DNA of 64,000 nucleotides from IMG/VR virus record IMGVR_UViG_3300017989_005036, positions 1 to 64,000 of that record. One strand, 5' to 3'. Made by a program: the position numbers and the translations under genes. This document shows positions 15,699 through 24,499 of the stretch, piece by piece. The notes under the pieces are model-generated. The model was not told the DNA's origin and did not search any database. It worked only from the letters and a program-made list of their open reading frames with translations. The DNA comes from a virus. Within the stretch, counting starts at the first letter, position 1; each line of letters starts with the position of its first letter.

Positions 15699-15858
15699 TT
15701 TTGACAAACAAGATTTGAAAGAAGCCATTGATAATCACATTCGTGTTCTAAGTGATTTTCGAAGCACATTGTTTTTAGACCCAAATTTTCTTGACCAAAT
15801 AATGAACGATCATCCCAAACGACCAATTGAAAAAATTGATTGGAAACAAGGCTTTTAA
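15661..15858 (+). CDS. small protein ending IDWKQGF (start probably after rnpB)
   Basis: ORF track; variant of the shared C-terminal motif. Confidence 0.55.
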   Translation: MMAHDRTLPIGGFFDKQDLKEAIDNHIRVLSDFRSTLFLDPNFLDQIMNDHPKRPIEKIDWKQGF

Positions 15859-15922
15859 AATGGAAAACGAAGAACAATGATGTGCAAGCTAAAAATTAGA
15901 CCACCAATTATGGACAAGTAAC

Positions 15923-16276
15923 ATGAAGAAAATTGAACGCCAAGGAACAGAAACTTTAACTATACAAAACTGCCCTTGTTGCAATGGAGAGATTGAAGTC
16001 AGTGAATGTGGTTATTCAAGTTTCAATCCCGGAACAGCAAAGTGTGTTGGAAAATGCAAACGTAAATGGGATCTTGGTTATGTGAATAATGAATGGGATT
16101 GTGGCGAAAGGTGGAATGAACTTTCCCGAGAAATTAAGCGAAAACTAAAAGCTTTCAAATTACTGGAAGTCAATAATACACTCGCTTCTTCACGTGATTT
16201 TGAACGTGAAGCTTTAGCAGAAGAAGCTGAGCTACTTTTAAAAGAACTTGAAGAACAAATCATTGATGCTTCTTAA
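15923..16276 (+). CDS. Zn-ribbon hypothetical protein
   Basis: CPCC...CVGKC..WN. Confidence 0.7.
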   Translation: MKKIERQGTETLTIQNCPCCNGEIEVSECGYSSFNPGTAKCVGKCKRKWDLGYVNNEWDCGERWNELSREIKRKLKAFKLLEVNNTLASSRDFEREALAEEAELLLKELEEQIIDAS

Positions 16277-16662
16277 CCAACTTTTTGCTTCCACATATCA
16301 GCATTCCAATGAATAGCAGGAACACTGGTTGTTCTCATTTTGTTATCAGACCCAATGATGTCTGCAACTTTTTGCCAATCTTCAAATGGCGGAAATTTAG
16401 GTTCTGGAGTTAATTCTTTCTCTCCTTGATAGAATCTCATGTTAAGTTTAGGGTTGGTACTGGGAGCATTGATCCAACCATTTTTAGTCAATAAGCTCAC
16501 GCCGGTAATTGATGGTTTTTTATCTGCGTAAGCTCCCCACAATTCTATTCTCAAGTCAATTATTTTGACCTCTTGCGGACCATTACCGATATCTATCGTA
16601 ACTGGTTCATCAAAATGGATATAACCATCTTCGTTCAATATTAGCCATTCCTTGAAGTTCAT
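16273..16662 (-). CDS. hypothetical protein with an MNFKEWL N-terminus
   Basis: ORF track; TATATA upstream. Confidence 0.7.
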   Translation of the reverse strand: MNFKEWLILNEDGYIHFDEPVTIDIGNGPQEVKIIDLRIELWGAYADKKPSITGVSLLTKNGWINAPSTNPKLNMRFYQGEKELTPEPKFPPFEDWQKVADIIGSDNKMRTTSVPAIHWNADMWKQKVG

Positions 16663-16681
16663 AGGAATATATACATACGAT

Positions 16682-17080
16682 ATGTCCGAATTTGCTCCTC
16701 AACTTATACCGAAGACTTGGTATGTCTACGATTTTCCGTTGACAGCCACAAAACCGCATCCTTCTACAGCCACTTATGGTGGGTCTAGAACAGATGCTTT
16801 GATCAAAAGTGCTGCAACGATGCTCAGCATAGATCCAGAACGTGTTACGCTCCGATACGACAACAATAAACCTGATAGATCTGATCAAATTGATGTGACG
16901 TATGGTGGAAACCCTAAAGCATGTTCCGTAAAGCCAAAACATCCTGAATTGCCGGGGACAAATCCTATGGCAAAATATAACAAAAGAGCAAAGAGATCAA
17001 AAACGCTTAAGAAATTTCAAGACAACTCTCCAGCAAACATTGAATATTTTCAACCATTTAATCCTTGTGATGCTTTTTAA
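16682..17080 (+). CDS. hypothetical protein
   Basis: ORF track with adjusted start. Confidence 0.6.
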   Translation: MSEFAPQLIPKTWYVYDFPLTATKPHPSTATYGGSRTDALIKSAATMLSIDPERVTLRYDNNKPDRSDQIDVTYGGNPKACSVKPKHPELPGTNPMAKYNKRAKRSKTLKKFQDNSPANIEYFQPFNPCDAF

Positions 17081-17331
17081 TCTTGAATCATTTGATCATC
17101 AGTCGTATTTGACACAACATCAGCAATTATATTTGAAGACCGAACGTCGGAAGTGGGCTCTGATTTCTTTTTTTCGCTTGCCCATACCTGTGACAGCATC
17201 CAACCAATAGCAGTAAAATAAGCAGCGGTAATGATCCCAATCCACTCAAGATAGAGAAAACTATACCATCCCATTACGGCAGCCATGCCGATTATAACAA
17301 GTGTTTGAAAAAGCTTCCACAATGTTTTCAT
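17077..17331 (-). CDS. two-TM membrane protein
   Basis: AGGAGG RBS; hydrophobic. Confidence 0.65.
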   Translation of the reverse strand: MKTLWKLFQTLVIIGMAAVMGWYSFLYLEWIGIITAAYFTAIGWMLSQVWASEKKKSEPTSDVRSSNIIADVVSNTTDDQMIQD

Positions 17332-17468
17332 GATCCTCCTTGAACGGATGCGGAACCACTTATGTTAACTCCACCAGTTGCTTTTATTGAAACAACTGGT
17401 TTCTTTTTTCTTTTGAACCTACGAGAACGACCTCGTGATCCACCTCTACTTCTGCCGCACCCACACAT
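17328..17468 (-). CDS. small basic peptide MCGCGRSRGGSRGRSRRFKRKKK (absent from the ORF track)
   Basis: 46-aa ORF; ATGA overlap with the next gene. Confidence 0.55.
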   Translation of the reverse strand: MCGCGRSRGGSRGRSRRFKRKKKPVVSIKATGGVNISGSASVQGGS

Positions 17469-17487
17469 GAAAATATCTAGGTGTTAT

Positions 17488-17736
17488 TTAGAAGCCTTCC
17501 AAAAGCCAATTTTGGTTTGAAGGTTTCACAAAACAATTGCTCATTGCCCCTAAAATTTCACGCCAATTAGGCCCAAGATTTTTCTCTATACGAGAACTCC
17601 AAAAGTCATTTCTTTCATTGAGGGTCATTTCTTGAAATTCTTCTGGTTCAGGAAAGGTACCGGAAATTGCAAAAACCTTCAAAAACTCATCTGAGACTTC
17701 TCCTTTTTGGTGACGAGCCACAATTGAATTTGCCAT
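17488..17736 (-). CDS. small protein ending NWLLEGF
   Basis: ORF track with adjusted start; shared C-terminal motif. Confidence 0.65.
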   Translation of the reverse strand: MANSIVARHQKGEVSDEFLKVFAISGTFPEPEEFQEMTLNERNDFWSSRIEKNLGPNWREILGAMSNCFVKPSNQNWLLEGF

Positions 17737-17744
17737 TTTTGTGG

Positions 17745-17906
17745 TCAAAACCCCTCCTTCTTCCATGCTACATTTACAGGTTTTAATTCTAACGGAGTTC
17801 CTTCAATACAAGGAACAGAACCTTGTTCAATAAAAACATCCAAGATATCATTTATCCGTCTTAATTCTTCTTCATGCATTTCCAATATATAGGGATCAAA
17901 ACCCAT
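17745..17906 (-). CDS. small protein ending VAWKKEGF (absent from the ORF track)
   Basis: MGFDPYILEMHEEELRRIND...PVNVAWKKEGF. Confidence 0.65.
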   Translation of the reverse strand: MGFDPYILEMHEEELRRINDILDVFIEQGSVPCIEGTPLELKPVNVAWKKEGF

Positions 17907-18093
17907 CCTTCTGCCAATTTACTTTATTAACAGAGAAAGGCAGATGGGGGATTTGTACGACAATTCCAGAAACTTCTGGATTATCTGATGTTCGCCAACC
18001 ATATCTCAAAGATAGTGGCGTTGTTTCTTCCCGCCGACGATCAACAATGTCTTGACGGGTCAATTGGAGCGGATTTTGTCGATGATTAAACAC
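17896..18093 (-). CDS. small protein ending VNWQKDGF
   Basis: ORF track; shared C-terminal motif. Confidence 0.65.
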   Translation of the reverse strand: MFNHRQNPLQLTRQDIVDRRREETTPLSLRYGWRTSDNPEVSGIVVQIPHLPFSVNKVNWQKDGF

Positions 18094-18106
18094 ATGTTAT
18101 GTAGAC

Positions 18107-18724
18107 TTAATGAGCCAATGTGTTTTTGATCAACTTTTCTGCATTGAAGAGACGACCACGCTGAAAATCAGGTCGTACAATTTTGTACCGATTTGTAATC
18201 CATTTGCCATTACAAACCTTTACATAGATGCCTTCACGAAGGCCAGTGCCGCCAAATGAAGCAGGTTTTTCTATTAAATCAATATATCCTGAAAAATCTT
18301 TATTTAAAGGTATTTCAGAGAGCTTAGGAGACGTACTAAAGCCAGATTCCTGAAGAGCCCTTCGAGCCATTCTTGGTGAATAAAAATCATTATTTGAATG
18401 AAGAAATAAATCAAAAGCAATTAACCACGATGGAAGCTCTGTGTATTCCATTCCATGTTGCATGACCATCCATTCGCCATAAACGCTACATGGTCCTACA
18501 AGCTCTTCCAGAGCCTCAAATTGGCTTTTATGATCGTAGACCCAGTTCCAGATACTGGCAAATTGTCGTTGTGAAGAAGCCTGAGAAGGATTTCGGCCTT
18601 TTCGGAGGATTTTATCTTTGATCCGAATTTTAGGATGCCCTTCGTGGAAGCACATTCCTACCATAGCACCATCAATTTTTTCCTCCACATTCACATACCC
18701 AATTGGATCACAAAGACGTTTTAT
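18107..18724 (-). CDS. RNA ligase (Rnl2-like ATP-dependent nucleotidyltransferase), 3' part, split by the IS
   Basis: EEKIDGA, YGEW, AFDL, REGIYVK, KIVR motifs. Confidence 0.85.
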   Translation of the reverse strand: MKRLCDPIGYVNVEEKIDGAMVGMCFHEGHPKIRIKDKILRKGRNPSQASSQRQFASIWNWVYDHKSQFEALEELVGPCSVYGEWMVMQHGMEYTELPSWLIAFDLFLHSNNDFYSPRMARRALQESGFSTSPKLSEIPLNKDFSGYIDLIEKPASFGGTGLREGIYVKVCNGKWITNRYKIVRPDFQRGRLFNAEKLIKNTLAH

Positions 18725-18878
18725 CCCTAAAGCGGCGTGAAAACCCCTACCAATTCTAAAAAAGAATTGGCTGGTCATAAGCGAAGCGACCGAAGGGAGC
18801 AAGCATGACCAGCCCTTTAGGGTAGGGGATGAAACGCCGTGAGCTAGAAATGGTCTAAAAATGGGTTTCACCTAACCG

Positions 18879-19151
18879 CTAATCAACTGATCTTACGGTT
18901 GGTTCACACTCGACAACATCCATTCCGTTAGAAGTTGCCTCAAAGTCTTTTCCTTCTTCCCTACCATACAACTTCCACAACGTATCCTGATATTGCTGCT
19001 CATCGCAGTCAGGGTTTGTCTCTTGGAAGTGCCGCTTCCCAATATGGCTTTCCATGTATTCTCTAAGACGAACCACTGCTTCACCTTCATCCTTGCCCAC
19101 AGGACCGTTCACGCCAGCAATGGTTGCTACAAATTTTACACTCATGTTCAT
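18879..19151 (-). CDS. hypothetical passenger protein inside the IS
   Basis: AAGGAG RBS; lies between tnpA and the left end. Confidence 0.65.
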   Translation of the reverse strand: MNMSVKFVATIAGVNGPVGKDEGEAVVRLREYMESHIGKRHFQETNPDCDEQQYQDTLWKLYGREEGKDFEATSNGMDVVECEPTVRSVD

Positions 19152-19160
19152 ACTCCTTAT

Positions 19161-19568
19161 TTAGCCTTGTTCTTCAATGTATTGTCTAATCGTATCGGTC
19201 GAGGCATCGCCTGTCGTGCAGACAAAGTATCCATCACTCCAAAACGTCTTCTCATTCCAGAAGTGCCGAGACAAGAATGTATCAAATTTCTTCCAGATAT
19301 GGAATGTTGATTGCGACTTCAACCGATTGACTATATCGAACGCAGACAAGGTTGGCGGTGCATCTACCAGAACGTGGATGTGATCTTTGTCCGTTTCGAG
19401 AACATCAATCGTAAAACCCGACTTCTCAGCGATCTCATAGAACAATCTCTTGATCTCATCATCAATTACCTTCGTCCAGAGCAATTTCTTACGATACTTC
19501 ACACAAAAGACGAAATGATATTTCATCAAGTATTTGCTGTGCGAGCCGTGATGATATTTTTTCTCCAT
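19161..19568 (-). CDS. tnpA: IS200/IS605 Y1 transposase
   Basis: YHFVFCVKYRK, HUH motif DHIH, FWSDGYF, YIEEQ. Confidence 0.97.
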   Translation of the reverse strand: MEKKYHHGSHSKYLMKYHFVFCVKYRKKLLWTKVIDDEIKRLFYEIAEKSGFTIDVLETDKDHIHVLVDAPPTLSAFDIVNRLKSQSTFHIWKKFDTFLSRHFWNEKTFWSDGYFVCTTGDASTDTIRQYIEEQG

Positions 19569-19648
19569 TTTGTCCTCAGAAATTTTGAGCCAACATACTA
19601 CATAATTATGCCCAAGAAGAATTATAGCATAATTGGTGGTAAAAAGGA

Positions 19649-20818
19649 ATGGCTCATTACACTTACAAGTTCAGACTCTATCCTAATAAAGAACAGCAAC
19701 GACGGTTCGCTGCTCACTTTGGTTGCGTCCGCTTTGTGTATAACCACTTCCTTGATGAACGTAAAACTGCTTATGAGCAAAATGGCGAGAGTCCAAACTA
19801 CTATGACCAAGCGGCAACGCTCACTAAGTTGAAGAAAGAAAAAACTTGGTTGAAGGAAACTAATAGTCAAGTATTGCAATTCTCGCTCAAATGTTTGCAG
19901 GCAGCATACAACAACTTCTTTGCGAAACGAGCGAAGTTTCCTCGTTTTCACGCCAAGAAAAACAAGCAATCGTTCACTATTCCACAACATGTCAAAGTTC
20001 AAGATGGCAAGTTGTATTTTCCGAAGTTTAGTGATGGAGTGAAAGTCAAGCTACATCGCCAGATTGATGGAGAAATCAAACATGCTACGGTCAGCAAGAA
20101 TTGTGCTGGTCAATACTTTGTCTGTATTCTTGTAGAACGAAACATCAAATCACTTCCCAAATTAAAGAGAGAAGTGGGAATTGATCTTGGTATTACTGCA
20201 TTGGCAACACCTTCTGTCGGCAAGGCGTATGAGAACATCCGACCTTACAAGACATTGCAACGAAAGTTGCGAAAGTTGGACAAGGACTTAGACCGCAAGG
20301 AACTTGGCAGCAAGAACCGAGAAAAAGCACGGCTCAAACTGGCTCGCCTACATAACAAGATAGCAAACATTCGTAATGACCACTTACACAAAGTTAGTCG
20401 CCAGATAGTTGATGAAAACCAAGTCATTTGTCTGGAAGACCTGAATGTGAAGGGCATGATGAAGAACCGTTGTCTTGCAAAATCAATCGCCGATGTATCG
20501 CTGTCGGAATTGGTTAGACAGATTGAATACAAGGCTGGCTGGTATGGTCGGCAAGTAATCAAAATAGATCGTTGGTTTCCGTCGAGTAAGATGTGTTCAT
20601 CTTGCGGATATGTGATGGAAACATTACCATTAGATGTTCGTTCGTGGTGTTGTCCTCGTTGTGAAAGTAAACATAACCGAGACAAGAATGCAGCGAAGAA
20701 TATCTTGGTTGAAGGAAAAAGAACCGTAGGAACTACGGAGTTAGCCTGTGGACTTGGCGTAAGACTTGAGAGCAATCGAAAGCGGCTAAGGGTGAAGCAG
20801 GAAGCCCCGACCCTTTAG
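19649..20818 (+). CDS. tnpB: RNA-guided endonuclease TnpB
   Basis: YKFRLYP; RuvC residues GIDLG, LEDL, RDKNA intact; Zn finger CSSCG..CPRC. Confidence 0.97.
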   Translation: MAHYTYKFRLYPNKEQQRRFAAHFGCVRFVYNHFLDERKTAYEQNGESPNYYDQAATLTKLKKEKTWLKETNSQVLQFSLKCLQAAYNNFFAKRAKFPRFHAKKNKQSFTIPQHVKVQDGKLYFPKFSDGVKVKLHRQIDGEIKHATVSKNCAGQYFVCILVERNIKSLPKLKREVGIDLGITALATPSVGKAYENIRPYKTLQRKLRKLDKDLDRKELGSKNREKARLKLARLHNKIANIRNDHLHKVSRQIVDENQVICLEDLNVKGMMKNRCLAKSIADVSLSELVRQIEYKAGWYGRQVIKIDRWFPSSKMCSSCGYVMETLPLDVRSWCCPRCESKHNRDKNAAKNILVEGKRTVGTTELACGLGVRLESNRKRLRVKQEAPTL

Positions 20819-20835
20819 GGTCGTGGGTAGTTCAC

Positions 20836-20940
20836 TGAAGCATCTCGTGAACAAAGTGTATCCCAGTTGATATCAGAATCGCAAGGTAGCTGAATAGCTT
20901 TAGGTAATTGAGGAAGAATGTATTGAATTGGGGTTTTCAT
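20836..20940 (-). CDS. RNA ligase 5' part (35 codons), separated by the IS
   Basis: MKTPIQYILPQLPKAIQLPC..SRDAS joins in frame to IKRLCDP. Confidence 0.8.
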
Positions 20941-21254
20941 CGTGGGCCTACAGAATTTGTCCAACCTGCTTTACGTTGGTTGACACCAAGAATCTTCTCT
21001 CCAAAATATAATGAGGCGTAAAAGAAAAATATCAAAATTCGAAAAAGAAACCATGACGGACTGGTTGCCCGCAGGACAAAAGCCGCAATAACAAAAAATA
21101 CTCTGTCAACAGTGTCAATTGGTTCTCTGAATTTGTCTATTTGATTTTGAGCTTCTTTACGCCCCCAAGTGAACATGCCAAGTACATAAAGGCTAATCCA
21201 TAACCATGGATTATTCACATTAACGGTCATTTGTGACAGTTCTTCCAAATTCAT
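20937..21254 (-). CDS. membrane hypothetical protein
   Basis: hydrophobic; stop-start overlaps on both sides. Confidence 0.65.
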   Translation of the reverse strand: MNLEELSQMTVNVNNPWLWISLYVLGMFTWGRKEAQNQIDKFREPIDTVDRVFFVIAAFVLRATSPSWFLFRILIFFFYASLYFGEKILGVNQRKAGWTNSVGPR

Positions 21255-22000
21255 TAGAGAAATTTCCTTACGAATTCACTGTATTCCTCTTTCATCGGAA
21301 GTTCAAACTCTCGCTTGACCCGACGACGTTGAGCAACAACTTCTTCTTTAGAAACCGGATTAAATGCCTGTTTCTCATATTGCTCCCAATAAAGTCCAAC
21401 ACCACGCTTCTGCCAGTTTGGAACATTATTGAAATTGATGCCATTATGGTGCAACAATTCGTTCTTGCTACTCACCGATTTGTTCAGAAGAGTGTTAGAT
21501 GCTGCTCTGGCACTTAATTGTTTTCGGAGAGTCCAGTAACAGTAAGAATTCAACGCATTCCTAGCTGCGTCTTCGTTTCTCCATCGAAAATAATCAACTA
21601 CCAAATTGGTATTAGGCAATTGAGAGATACGACAATCAAATGTTGCCACTTCTCCCATTGCCAAAGAGAATCTGGCACTCGCTTCACCTGCCAACGTGGA
21701 ATTAAGTTTCCTGAGTTTTCTGTTAAACAGATTCTCTCTCAAGCCAAACAGAAGTGAAATTTCATCACTTTCGGTATAAGCGTACACAATCTCAAAGCCG
21801 CAATTCATGAGAGCTTCTGTTGTGTCTACCATCATGTCACGAAAACGAACATCGAAAGGAACTTCAAAGTTGCCAGTTTTAGTCAGCTTTGTGAAACCAC
21901 GTCCATCGAGACGAGCAACCATGTACATGCCCGGCAAGACACATGCATCTGCTGCTGTCTCGAAGACACGCATTTTGTTGTCAAGTTCTTTGAACTTCAT
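21254..22000 (-). CDS. Thg1-like tRNA(His) guanylyltransferase / 3'-5' polymerase
   Basis: RLDGRGF, YTESDEIS, FDCR, YFRWR, NALN, WQKRG. Confidence 0.93.
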   Translation of the reverse strand: MKFKELDNKMRVFETAADACVLPGMYMVARLDGRGFTKLTKTGNFEVPFDVRFRDMMVDTTEALMNCGFEIVYAYTESDEISLLFGLRENLFNRKLRKLNSTLAGEASARFSLAMGEVATFDCRISQLPNTNLVVDYFRWRNEDAARNALNSYCYWTLRKQLSARAASNTLLNKSVSSKNELLHHNGINFNNVPNWQKRGVGLYWEQYEKQAFNPVSKEEVVAQRRRVKREFELPMKEEYSEFVRKFL

Positions 22001-23270
22001 CTTTTCTCTCTGTGACGCTTACAAATCCGCCAGTCTTTTGACTGAGATCAAAGTTTTCATCAATGAAGTTAATGACCTCATCAGGAGAGACACTGCGATT
22101 GAACACAATGTTCGGTCCATGTTCCTCTAAATAGACAGCCCAGAGATTCCCAAACTGTTTGAGCCCTTTGCTCGTGTTCTCCCCGCATTGGTGGCTGCCG
22201 CACTCAAATTCTCTCTGAGAGACAGTTGGAACTTGAGAATCTTCTTTCAGGGGGCAATGAAAATGCACGATGCAATCAAGGTCTGGGTGATCCTCAAACA
22301 CAATTCGTTGTGACTGACCACCCACACTCGGTTTTGCGCCATAAGCGAGAACAGTGTCTGGTCCATCGGTTACAATTTTCACCAGACCAATATCTTTCAG
22401 GTCATTGAAATTCGTCCGACGCTGACTGGTTAAGAAAGTAGTGTCAGACAGTTTGCAAGCAAAATGACCAACTGTTGCACCGTTGAAGGGTTTGTATGCA
22501 CCACTCATAATGCAATGATCCACAACTGCACGAAGTGAATCAGGAACCTGATTAGAATTCCAAGAAACAGGCTCGCCTTCAACAACAGTCGAACGTGTGA
22601 AGGTCAGATGGGATCTGAGCTTAGCCATTTCAACCAAATTAGTCAGTGCTTCATCACGATTTGTTGTCACATGATATCGAGCTTCTTCAGGAGTAATAAT
22701 CATGTTGAGACGAGACTTTGTGTCATTGGCAAACACAAGGTTACAACTAGCTTTTTTACACAAGCCCAAACCAGCAATGTATTGTTCATCTTCAGTGGCT
22801 CCGCATGTTTGTTTGAAACCAACGAGGAAGATGTCTTTTCGTTTTTCACGAACCTTTCTGATGACTTTGTCAGCAGGCGTTAAATCAATGCTATAACTCT
22901 TGCTAGAAGAGAGTCTGGCACCATACTTACCAGCTTCCAAAGTCTCATCTGGGTTTTCTTGCGTGTAAACTTTGCCATCAAAATCCACCATCGCCGCTGA
23001 GAAGAACACAATCTTTGTGACATCATCGTTGATGATGCGATCAATCAGCTTGGCGACATCTTCATTGGTTTCTAAACGAAAGTCTGTCCAATTTGAACCG
23101 CCCGCCATTCGTGTCAGATAGAGTTTCGAATCCATTTCTGGAATTGTCGATTCACAAATTTGCTTGATAGCTCGTGCAGTGCTTCCGTAAGCAGGAGCTG
23201 TCAAAGCTAAATGAGAACTGATCCAAGAAACAGTTCCGCCACCAATAATTGCAATTTGTTTTTTGTCCAT
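21981..23270 (-). CDS. CoaB/DFP-like domain fused to a class II aldolase-like domain
   Basis: IIGGGT, FSAAMVDF, LVGFKQT, VFAND; C-terminal PSVG, IVHFH, HG. Confidence 0.7.
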   Translation of the reverse strand: MDKKQIAIIGGGTVSWISSHLALTAPAYGSTARAIKQICESTIPEMDSKLYLTRMAGGSNWTDFRLETNEDVAKLIDRIINDDVTKIVFFSAAMVDFDGKVYTQENPDETLEAGKYGARLSSSKSYSIDLTPADKVIRKVREKRKDIFLVGFKQTCGATEDEQYIAGLGLCKKASCNLVFANDTKSRLNMIITPEEARYHVTTNRDEALTNLVEMAKLRSHLTFTRSTVVEGEPVSWNSNQVPDSLRAVVDHCIMSGAYKPFNGATVGHFACKLSDTTFLTSQRRTNFNDLKDIGLVKIVTDGPDTVLAYGAKPSVGGQSQRIVFEDHPDLDCIVHFHCPLKEDSQVPTVSQREFECGSHQCGENTSKGLKQFGNLWAVYLEEHGPNIVFNRSVSPDEVINFIDENFDLSQKTGGFVSVTERKDEVQRT

Positions 23271-23397
23271 GTCTATCTCCTTTTGAACCAACCGGGGCGG
23301 CTCCCAACACACCTGCACATCCCCGTGACCCTTTCCCGCTTCAAATCATCAGTCACCAGTATGTCGGCAGTTCGATGCTGTGCTCGTCAGGATTGGT

Positions 23398-24450
23398 TCA
23401 TTTGATTCCGAACTTGTCTGAAAATTGGTCGGCCAGTTGAATGAGTTCTTCAACATCCTCAAGGCCGTGGAGTAAGTGTTTGTTTTCACTTGTTTCAAAA
23501 AACTCAAGACCATGCAAAGCACCAAGCATTTCACCAACAAGCTTAGCGTTTGTATCAGTATCACCACCCGCCATCACAACATTGTAGAGAGAATCTATGG
23601 TGTAGGGGTTTTTCAAGAAGAAATAATAAGCAAAAGGCATGCTGTGGACAACGTAACTTTTGCCATTTCCAAATTGTTTTCGAACATCATCAAAAGTCCA
23701 AGAGTCAATCAAATGAAGCAGCGACAGATTGACCATCAGATTTTCCCAAGAGTTATCTGGGTTATTCAGATGACCTACACAATAATGCAATTTGTGCTTG
23801 CTATCTCGTTTATATTTTCGGCCATCCATTCCACGATGAATAGCCATAAAGGTCTGAGACTTGTGATATGAGATTGGAGTTTGCAACAGAAGGTTGCCAA
23901 TTACTCCAGTGTGGACTACACCCGAAAGAGCCGCAGCAGCGGTGTAATGGGTCATAGCAGAAAACTGTACAACTTTATCTGCAAAGCGAGGCCAAGGAAG
24001 TTTGTTTTTAACAGCATGCCATGCACCAATGGGTGATATTCGCATCAAAACTCCATTGCCAACGCCAAGTCCCTTTTTATCGGTTTTACCGGATTCAGAC
24101 CACCTGACGCCTTCTGAGAGTTTCTTGATGGACTCTCGTAAAGAGCCTCCCCAACCTTCTGTGGACTCTTTAAATGCTTTGACGTGATATGATGCCTGAG
24201 TCCCCATTCCGAACCCGTTGGCTCGAATCAGAGCTTTGACAACAGCAAGGCCAAGCTGAGTATCATCAGTAATGACGCCGGTTTTATCGTCCTTGAACCA
24301 TTTGTTGTTTTTTGGGGCAACATATGTGGTGACGCCATCAGGGTGATTCTTAAGAATATCTTCGTAAGACATACACTCTACAGGACGACCAAGAGCATCA
24401 CCAATGGCCCCACCGACAAGCATTCCTCTAATTTTGCTGCGAGTTAGCAT
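23398..24450 (-). CDS. ADP-ribosylglycohydrolase
   Basis: GAIGDALG, TDDT, GNGVLMR, GGDTDT. Confidence 0.93.
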   Translation of the reverse strand: MLTRSKIRGMLVGGAIGDALGRPVECMSYEDILKNHPDGVTTYVAPKNNKWFKDDKTGVITDDTQLGLAVVKALIRANGFGMGTQASYHVKAFKESTEGWGGSLRESIKKLSEGVRWSESGKTDKKGLGVGNGVLMRISPIGAWHAVKNKLPWPRFADKVVQFSAMTHYTAAAALSGVVHTGVIGNLLLQTPISYHKSQTFMAIHRGMDGRKYKRDSKHKLHYCVGHLNNPDNSWENLMVNLSLLHLIDSWTFDDVRKQFGNGKSYVVHSMPFAYYFFLKNPYTIDSLYNVVMAGGDTDTNAKLVGEMLGALHGLEFFETSENKHLLHGLEDVEELIQLADQFSDKFGIK

Positions 24451-24499
24451 GTTTTCTCCTTCTCACAGCATTTTACGTCAATTTATCGAAAGTGTAAAG

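Larger units (their letters stand above)
18725..20835 (+). mobile_element. IS200/IS605-family element (tnpA, tnpB and a passenger ORF)
   Basis: target TTTAT at 18720-18724; LE hairpin CGGCGT..CCCCTAC/GTAGGGG..ACGCCG; RE hairpin ending TTCAC; excision restores the ligase frame. Confidence 0.93.

Noticed and set aside
18725-20835. IStron (group I intron-IS chimera) that would splice out of the ligase mRNA
   Set aside because: No group I core is visible and tnpB is antisense to the ligase gene.
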